Virus record (IMG/VR): IMGVR_UViG_3300009181_007169
Direction: 5' to 3' (one strand)
DNA: 64,000 nucleotides
DNA from: an uncultured virus (IMG/VR IMGVR_UViG_3300009181_007169)
Taxonomy: Duplodnaviria; Heunggongvirae; Uroviricota; Caudoviricetes
The translations under genes and the position numbers were made by a program. Below are positions 58,120-64,000 of this stretch, one piece after another; position 1 is the stretch's first letter, and each line of letters starts with the position of its first letter. A model generated the notes under the pieces. The model worked only from the letters and a program-made list of their open reading frames with translations. It was not told where the DNA came from and did no database searches.

Positions 58120-58128
58120 TATAAAACT

Positions 58129-58542
58129 GTGTGGTATAAATTTAGTCAATTGAAAACACCCTTGAAGCTACCTGATGGTAGTGTTTATATCCCAGAACAA
58201 TCAGCAATTAAAAACCCTGCTGCGGTGCAACAACTTACAGGTTTTACTTATGAGCAGTTACCAAAATCTACTGGAGCTGCGCCTACACCTGTGATGCAAC
58301 CAGCACAAACAACTAATAAATCCACCGCCTTAGAGCCACAAAAAAGAGAAACTGTTCCAATGAATAGTAATTTTATACCCTCTGATGCACAAGTACAAAA
58401 TGCCTCTAAGCAAATGCAAACAGAAATGTTTGGAAGAGCAAATCAATTTGGACCCACCGCTCAAGAGTTAAAAAGATACCTTGAAGGTAAACCATCTGTG
58501 CCTGGAGGTTTAGGCTCAGGGCAATTGGTTGTTGAAAAATAA
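58129..58542 (+). CDS. Hypothetical P/Q-rich protein with WYKFSQ leader
   Basis: MWYKFSQ start. Confidence 0.6.
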   Translation: MWYKFSQLKTPLKLPDGSVYIPEQSAIKNPAAVQQLTGFTYEQLPKSTGAAPTPVMQPAQTTNKSTALEPQKRETVPMNSNFIPSDAQVQNASKQMQTEMFGRANQFGPTAQELKRYLEGKPSVPGGLGSGQLVVEK

Positions 58543-58543
58543 A

Positions 58544-58568
58544 AGGTTCAATATTCGAAAAAATATAA
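58544..58568 (+). promoter_or_regulatory. SigH-like promoter AGG-N18-ATAA, 9 nt before GTG
   Basis: AGG ttcaatattcgaaaaaat ATAA ataaagatt GTG. Confidence 0.6.
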
Positions 58569-58577
58569 ATAAAGATT

Positions 58578-61235
58578 GTGTATAAATTCAGTTCCATTTC
58601 AAAATATTTTGACAATTTTAATTTAGTGTTGAATAATATTCACCAACTTATTACAAATGACAATTTCTTGAATGTAATTCAAGCAGAAAGTTTTTTAAGA
58701 GATTATTTATTAAGTGAAAATAATCAGAATAAAAGTAATTATGAATCAAAATTATTGTTATGGACAGATGTTCACTCAGAAATTAATTCATTATTTAATG
58801 ATTGTGTTTTAGAATCTAAAGCGCTAAATTTACAGATACCTGTGCAAATTGATTATAATCCTAATAAAAAAGTGGGTGGCTCAGCAAAAGTAGATGGAAC
58901 TATAAGTATTAATGGTGCTTCACTTAAAAATCAATCAATATCATCACTTAAATCAAATTTAGCTCATGAAATTACACATGTTCTCAGTAAGATACAAAGC
59001 AAAAAAAGTGACTGGTGGCGCAATGAAGCTCTCTTAGATGCAACAGACATAAAACATCAAAGTCAATTGCCCCCAGAAATGACACAATTCGGAAGATATT
59101 ATTACCAAAGCCCAGAAGAAGCAAGGGCGAATTTACAGGCTTTGATAGAACAATATCATTTATCTTTAACAAAAGAAAAAATTAAAGAAAAAGCATTAGA
59201 AGATGGTATTTCTTATGATGAAGAAGTGAAAAAAATAATATTTAAGATTATTAAAGAATTTACAGAAAGACATGTTAAAAACAAATCTTCGGAAGAACAT
59301 CCTTTTGGACCAGAGTATTTAAATATTATAAGAAAAGGGCTTTATGATTATATTCATCAACAAAAAGGCTTAAAACCAATAGAAAATATCCCAGCACCTC
59401 TTCAATTAATTATTCAAAACGCTTACAGTGATTTCAATAATGAAAAATATAGAATGGGGCATATTAAAGCTTATGAAAATCTTTTAATGAAATTAAAAGA
59501 AATATCAGGTAAAACTTCAGGAGCTACTTTAAGAAGTAACCAAAAATTTCTTCAACCTTATGTTGAAGATGTTGAAAAGAGATTAGAAATGTTAAGACAA
59601 AAAATGAAATCTACTGAAAATAATAATACTTTTTCTTCATCATTCAATTTTAAAAAGTATAGTGAGTCTAAAAAAAAACTTGAAATTTACTTACCAGATT
59701 ATGTGGATGATATCTTAAAAGATATTACACAATCTGGTGGTAAAGCTTTAATAGTTGGTGGTGCTGTTAGAGATGCTATTTTAGGTAAATCTCCAAAAGA
59801 TATTGATTTTGAAGTTTATAGATTGTCTTATGATCAATTAAATAATATTTTATCAAAATATGGCAAAGCAGACCTTGTAGGTCAAATGTTTGGTGTAATT
59901 AAATTTGTAGGTAAAGATGGATCTGATTTTGATTTCTCTCTTCCAAGAAAAGATTCTAAATCAGGTGTTGGACATAAAGATTTTAGCGTGGAAATAAGTG
60001 GCGATCTCACACCTATAGAAGCCGCAGCAAGAAGAGACTTTACCATTAATGCTATTTCTTATGACCCAATTACCCATGAAATTGTAGACCCATTTAATGG
60101 AAGAGCTGATCTTGAAAATAAAATTTTAAGGCATACATCTAATGCCTTTTCTGAAGATCCGCTCAGAGTGTTGAGAGGAATGCAATTTGCTTCTAGATTT
60201 GGATTTGAAATAGCACCAGAAACTGCAAAATTAGCAGAATCCATTAGAGATGAATTTAAACATCTTCCTAAAGAAAGAATTTATGAAGAGTTCAAAAAAC
60301 TTGTAACTAAAGGCATTGAACCTGGTAAAGCTTTAGATTTTCTTTACTCTACTGGGTGGTCTAAAAACTTCCCTGAAATACACGATCTAAAAGACACACC
60401 TCAAGACCCTGAGTGGCATCCTGAAGGCGATGTTTCTACTCATACCGCTTATGTTATGAACGAAGCAGCTAGAATTGCTGATAGAGAAAATTTAAGCCCT
60501 GAGGATAGAGAAGTGCTTATTTACGCAGCATTGGCGCATGACTTTGCTAAACCTGAAACTACAGCAGTGATTAATAAAAAAGGTAAAGACAGAATTACCT
60601 CTCATGGACATGAAGAATTGGGTGGACCTAAAGCTGAATCTTTCTTAAAATCAATTGGTGCACCAAATGATGTTATTAAAAAAGTAATTCCCTTGGTGCA
60701 ATTTCATTTAAGCCATATTCATCACTCAAATACATCAAAACAAGAATCTTTTGTTAAAAACTTGGCTGAAAAGATTTACCCCTCTAATATTAAAATGTTA
60801 GAACTTTTAATAGAAGCTGATCATTCAGGCAGACCACCTCTTCCTAAACATCTTCCAGAACAAGCAAGAGAAATGTCTGAATTAGCTAAAAAATTTAATG
60901 TTTATGAAGGTAAACATCCTGACCTACTTCAAGGCAGAGACATTATGCCCTATCTGAATAATAAAGGTGGACCAATAATCGGGCAAATTTTAAAAGAACA
61001 TAGAAATTTAATTCTTAATCATGATCCTAGAATGACTGATAGAGAATCCGCGCTAAAATGGCTTTCCAATAGAATGCAAAGAGAAGCAGCATTCATAAAT
61101 GGACATGATGTTCTAAATTACACAAACTATACAGGATCTAAAATAAAAGAAATTTTAGATCAAGCATGGGAAGCTCAATTGAGAAAAGAATTAAATTCTA
61201 GAGAAGAAGCAATTGATTGGCTTAAACAACAATAA
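58578..61235 (+). CDS. cca: Fusion: HExxH zincin-like domain + tRNA nucleotidyltransferase (CCA-adding) with HD domain
   Basis: LAHEITH; VGGAVRD, KDIDFE, RRDFTINA, EDPLRVLR, ERI, WHPEG, LAHDFAK, HGHE. Confidence 0.9.
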   Translation: MYKFSSISKYFDNFNLVLNNIHQLITNDNFLNVIQAESFLRDYLLSENNQNKSNYESKLLLWTDVHSEINSLFNDCVLESKALNLQIPVQIDYNPNKKVGGSAKVDGTISINGASLKNQSISSLKSNLAHEITHVLSKIQSKKSDWWRNEALLDATDIKHQSQLPPEMTQFGRYYYQSPEEARANLQALIEQYHLSLTKEKIKEKALEDGISYDEEVKKIIFKIIKEFTERHVKNKSSEEHPFGPEYLNIIRKGLYDYIHQQKGLKPIENIPAPLQLIIQNAYSDFNNEKYRMGHIKAYENLLMKLKEISGKTSGATLRSNQKFLQPYVEDVEKRLEMLRQKMKSTENNNTFSSSFNFKKYSESKKKLEIYLPDYVDDILKDITQSGGKALIVGGAVRDAILGKSPKDIDFEVYRLSYDQLNNILSKYGKADLVGQMFGVIKFVGKDGSDFDFSLPRKDSKSGVGHKDFSVEISGDLTPIEAAARRDFTINAISYDPITHEIVDPFNGRADLENKILRHTSNAFSEDPLRVLRGMQFASRFGFEIAPETAKLAESIRDEFKHLPKERIYEEFKKLVTKGIEPGKALDFLYSTGWSKNFPEIHDLKDTPQDPEWHPEGDVSTHTAYVMNEAARIADRENLSPEDREVLIYAALAHDFAKPETTAVINKKGKDRITSHGHEELGGPKAESFLKSIGAPNDVIKKVIPLVQFHLSHIHHSNTSKQESFVKNLAEKIYPSNIKMLELLIEADHSGRPPLPKHLPEQAREMSELAKKFNVYEGKHPDLLQGRDIMPYLNNKGGPIIGQILKEHRNLILNHDPRMTDRESALKWLSNRMQREAAFINGHDVLNYTNYTGSKIKEILDQAWEAQLRKELNSREEAIDWLKQQ

Positions 61236-61494
61236 TTATTTGAACATTTTAAATTTTAACACAATCTTAAAATGTTTTCATAACACTTTTTTGGAAAATA
61301 AAATTGTGAAAAGAAATTTTGTAATATCATTATTAGCATGCGGTGTAGTTATTACGTATATTATGAACCAGAAGAAGAAAAATGAATCGAATACACAATA
61401 TTTTATCAATAAAGCTACAATGCTTTCTGATGATTTAGAAAGAAAAATTCTTGAAAAACAATATGAAAATAATACCATCAATAACAACATCTAA
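61213..61494 (+). CDS. Small membrane protein (start uncertain)
   Basis: FVISLLACGVVITYIM hydrophobic stretch. Confidence 0.4.
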   Translation: MIGLNNNNYLNILNFNTILKCFHNTFLENKIVKRNFVISLLACGVVITYIMNQKKKNESNTQYFINKATMLSDDLERKILEKQYENNTINNNI

Positions 61495-62128
61495 TTTTGA
61501 AATCACTGATATACAATTGAAAGAAATACAAAACTCTGATCTGAGAGAATTCGGGCTTTTTTTAACAGGTATGCATTTTAAAGAGGATCGAATGAATCTT
61601 ATGAAAAAATTGAAAGATTTGGAAGATTGTGTTATTCCGCTTGTGCATATTAGAGTGGATTCTACTCCAGAAGAATTAGAATTTTGTTTGGAAAATTTCA
61701 AAACAGAATGGTTCAATCTTCATGGTATTCATAAAGATGTTTTAATTAATAATCAAGAACTCTATGAATATAGACATTATATCCTTGCTGAAAATTCTAG
61801 AATTTTGACAAAATTACAATTAGAACATTTTGCAGGAATTTGTCTTGATTTATCACATTTCTTAGAAGATCTTATTAATAGAAGAAACCATGTGCATGAA
61901 ATTAAAGAATCTTTGAAAATGTTTCCAGTGTATTGTAACCACATTTCAGCAGTGAGAAAAGATCAAAAAAATTGGTACTCAGAACATATTGGCAACTATT
62001 CTTCAGATTTTAATTATTTGAAAGAAATACCTAAAGAATATTGGGGATCATGTTGCTCGTGCATGGAACTCGAAAATTCAATCAAAAAACAAATGGAATA
62101 TATTGAATACATTAAAACAATTGTATAA
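61451..62128 (+). CDS. Xylose-isomerase/AP-endonuclease-2-like TIM barrel protein
   Basis: LAEN, ICLDLSH, NHIS, MELE metal-ligand pattern. Confidence 0.55.
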   Translation: MKNNMKIIPSITTSNFEITDIQLKEIQNSDLREFGLFLTGMHFKEDRMNLMKKLKDLEDCVIPLVHIRVDSTPEELEFCLENFKTEWFNLHGIHKDVLINNQELYEYRHYILAENSRILTKLQLEHFAGICLDLSHFLEDLINRRNHVHEIKESLKMFPVYCNHISAVRKDQKNWYSEHIGNYSSDFNYLKEIPKEYWGSCCSCMELENSIKKQMEYIEYIKTIV

Positions 62129-62137
62129 TTCTACAAT

Positions 62138-62443
62138 ATGTACATTACTAAAAATATTTCATTCAATGAAAGAGAAATCTATTCCTTTATAGAACTTACC
62201 ACAGGTGTGAGATATTTGCCATCACAAATTAAAATTGTTCCATCATACAATGTGGCAGAAAAAACTACATTGAATTTTGTCTGCACACACTCAAATACAC
62301 AAACTATCTTAACTCTTGAAGAACTTCTAGAATGCATAGGATACTCAAGATCCTATGCAAACGTTAAAATCACCTATAATAAACCCTGGTGGAAATTTTT
62401 TGGTAGAAAAATTATTGGCTTCTCAGTAGATGTTAAGATTTAA
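62138..62443 (+). CDS. Hypothetical protein
   Basis: 101 aa; KPWWKFF; GTATAA upstream. Confidence 0.55.
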   Translation: MYITKNISFNEREIYSFIELTTGVRYLPSQIKIVPSYNVAEKTTLNFVCTHSNTQTILTLEELLECIGYSRSYANVKITYNKPWWKFFGRKIIGFSVDVKI

Positions 62444-62519
62444 TTAATTTTTTAATTAAAGACCCAAGCACCATTATGATAAAATCCGCATTCTTGTTCG
62501 TTGATTTTAGTGGTTAAAA

Positions 62520-62975
62520 CTACTGCCAATCCGACAGCCCCATAAGTCTCAACTGTTTTTTCATCTTGTTTGATATATTTGGATTCATGTCAAGAGCATA
62601 CCAATCTACATAATCTTCAAATTCATTAATAAATTTGTCAGAAAGTGGTTGTTTTCGTGAAATTTGTTCCCAATCCAGCCTGTCTGCGAATTCACGAATA
62701 AAATCCTCAGAAAGTATTGGTTTAGATGAAATATAATTCCAACCTTTCTGGTCTATACTGTCTGCATTTTCTCTAATATACTCTTCAGATAATTTTTTGT
62801 AGTAATCAAGATTTTTCCACTTACCAGGTAATTTTTCTCTATCACTCATTCCATTTTCTTCTTCAGCTAATTTCAAAAGGATGGAATCCATCGCTTTTGC
62901 TTCTTTAGTAAGTCCTGCATAGTCAAGCTCTGTGGCAACAGAAGCAATCTTTCTCATCAGATTGTGTTTGTTCAT
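62520..62975 (-). CDS. Trp-repeat protein (LSEDFIREF..LDW) with shared leader
   Basis: MRKIASVATELDYAGLTKEAKAMDSILLKLAE then three LSE/DxFI...W repeats. Confidence 0.7.
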   Translation of the reverse strand: MNKHNLMRKIASVATELDYAGLTKEAKAMDSILLKLAEEENGMSDREKLPGKWKNLDYYKKLSEEYIRENADSIDQKGWNYISSKPILSEDFIREFADRLDWEQISRKQPLSDKFINEFEDYVDWYALDMNPNISNKMKKQLRLMGLSDWQ

Positions 62976-62984
62976 AATTTAATT

Positions 62985-63009
62985 TTAAAAATTAGATAAA
63001 ATTATCCCT
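62985..63009 (-). promoter_or_regulatory. SigH-like promoter AGG-N18-TTAA, 9 nt before ATG
   Basis: AGG gataattttatctaattt TTAA aattaaatt ATG. Confidence 0.55.
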
Positions 63010-63532
63010 TTTTTTTATAAAAAAAATTTAAGCAAACAACAAATTGAGAATTTATAACGCACATTCCAAATTCTTGTTCGTTTTTCCTGGTGGCTAAAAC
63101 TCCCAAAAATTGTGGCGGGGGAAGGAAAAAAGCTTTGTTTTCAGGGCAAAGTTCTGATTCGTGCACATCAAGATTAGGTATTTCTGTGGTGCGAGATGGA
63201 TGAACCACCACCTGAGCGCACAGAAGATTATTTTCTTCAAAAAATGAATCCACGTCTAACCAAGCAAAATGGTTGTCTAAACTTTCTGCACTTACATTTC
63301 TAATTGTGTCAGATTCATCTACACTTTCAATCAGTATTTTAATTAATGCATCATCCCAATTAACATCGTCAGTGGTCATCGGAATAAGTATATCTTCGTA
63401 GCCATTTTTTTTAACAATGTTATTTTCTCTTGAATGAAAAACAAGAGGCATAGCATCAGACACTTCATATCTAGCCGAGCCCCCAACTGGCACTTCGTCA
63501 AACCATAATACTTTGCGAGCTAAATCATACAT
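63002..63532 (-). CDS. Shortened major-capsid-like protein
   Basis: LARKVLWFDEVPVGGSARYE...VVVHP...FFLPPPQFLGV...FGMCVIN recalls HK97-fold capsids of this phage type; likely start MYDLARK. Confidence 0.45.
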   Translation of the reverse strand: MYDLARKVLWFDEVPVGGSARYEVSDAMPLVFHSRENNIVKKNGYEDILIPMTTDDVNWDDALIKILIESVDESDTIRNVSAESLDNHFAWLDVDSFFEENNLLCAQVVVHPSRTTEIPNLDVHESELCPENKAFFLPPPQFLGVLATRKNEQEFGMCVINSQFVVCLNFFYKKKG

Positions 63533-63562
63533 AATTAATTTATACAATTAGTTTTTAAAAAA

Positions 63563-63639
63563 TGGTACTCCGAACGGGATTTGAACCCGTGATCTTCGCC
63601 GTGAAAGAGCGATGTCCTGAACCGCTAGACGACCGGAGC
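63563..63639 (-). tRNA. tRNA-Glu (TTC), CCA encoded
   Basis: GCTCCGG...TCGCT-CTTTCAC-GGCGA...ACGGG-TTCAAAT-CCCGT-TCGGAGT-A-CCA. Confidence 0.95.
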
Positions 63640-63640
63640 A

Positions 63641-63739
63641 TGGGAGCGGGGGTGGGATTTGAACCCACGACCTCCGAGTTATTAAAAGCCCCTTAAGGCA
63701 CTTAATGAGCCCGACAAGCTACCACTGCTCTACCCCGCA
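63641..63739 (-). tRNA. Initiator-type tRNA-Met (CAT) with a 24-nt insertion in the anticodon loop
   Basis: TGCGGGG-TA-GAGC-AGTGGTA-GCTT-G-TCGGG-CTCAT-[24 nt]-AA-CTCGG-AGGTC-GTGGG-TTCAAAT-CCCAC-CCCCGCT-C-CCA; 1:72 mismatch and A11-U24 are initiator features. Confidence 0.85.
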
Positions 63740-63744
63740 ATAAT

Positions 63745-63773
63745 ATTATACGATTTTTTTAAGATTTTGTTCA
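63745..63773 (-). promoter_or_regulatory. Class-II promoter TGAAC-N16-CGTATAAT driving the tRNA pair
   Basis: G of CGTATAAT is 12 nt before the tRNA 5' end. Confidence 0.6.
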
Positions 63774-63790
63774 GAAAATTATTAAAAAAC

Positions 63791-64000
63791 CTAATTTAAT
63801 CTTTTAATAGTACGACCCGAATTAGTTCGCATGAAATCTTCTCTTTGAGCTATTACAGCAAGTCTTCGGTTTTTTTTTGCATTTACTTCTCGCATTTCCT
63901 TGCAATATAATAGATGACTTTCCTGAGATTCTAATTTAATTCTATCGCCACACTCACAAGTTCCACAACAAGGCTCACAGTGTATTACTGTCCTATCAGG
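63791..64000 (-). CDS. 3' end of a Cys-rich hypothetical gene (partial)
   Basis: PDRTVIHCEPCCGTCECGD...HLLYC...RLN-stop, open to the right edge. Confidence 0.5.
   Translation of the reverse strand, partial: PDRTVIHCEPCCGTCECGDRIKLESQESHLLYCKEMREVNAKKNRRLAVIAQREDFMRTNSGRTIKRLN

Noticed and set aside
63681..63704. Group I intron or canonical archaeal/eukaryal tRNA intron
   Set aside because: 24 nt is too short for a ribozyme; the position is not 37/38 and no bulge-helix-bulge could be drawn.
1..64000. Alternative genetic code (stop-codon reassignment seen in some huge phages)
   Set aside because: Conserved genes translate full length in the standard code, genes tile tightly, and TAA, TAG and TGA all end ORFs at sensible places.
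1..64000. CRISPR array or cas operon
   Set aside because: No repeat-spacer array seen; the PD-(D/E)XK nuclease at 47446 is solitary and lacks an evident Cas4 cysteine cluster.

Overview
An AT-rich, gene-dense, standard-code segment of a large (jumbo/huge) tailed phage genome; no host housekeeping context is visible. 1-16.8 kb (minus strand) is a head/packaging module: prohead protease (runs off the left edge, not in the ORF track), portal fused to a DUF559-like nuclease, several probable head proteins and terminase. 16.8-44.5 kb (minus) holds a near-complete bacterial-type replisome and recombination set (DnaE, DnaN, DnaX, HolA-like, DnaB, DnaC-like, split DnaG, SSB-like, RecA, RecJ, split SbcC + SbcD), NrdAB, MazG, SpoVS and two clear plus one possible sigma factors. 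44.5-64 kb is a mixed-strand accessory region (IMPDH/GMPR, ribosomal protein bS21, glycosyltransferase, ferritin-like protein, SOD, CCA-adding enzyme fusion, a mini capsid-like gene, two tRNAs). The most notable signals, read by eye: (1) a SigH-type promoter (AGG-N17/18-N[G/T]AA) before 16 genes, in 10 cases exactly 9 nt from the start codon, plus a second GTATA class about 13 nt from the start, implying pervasive leaderless mRNAs; (2) shared N-terminal leader and K/R-x-A motifs on otherwise unrelated proteins, mostly under that promoter, suggesting a capsid-targeting and protease-release cargo system; (3) an initiator tRNA-Met with a 24-nt hairpin inserted in its anticodon loop. All family assignments come from motif recognition, not database searches.
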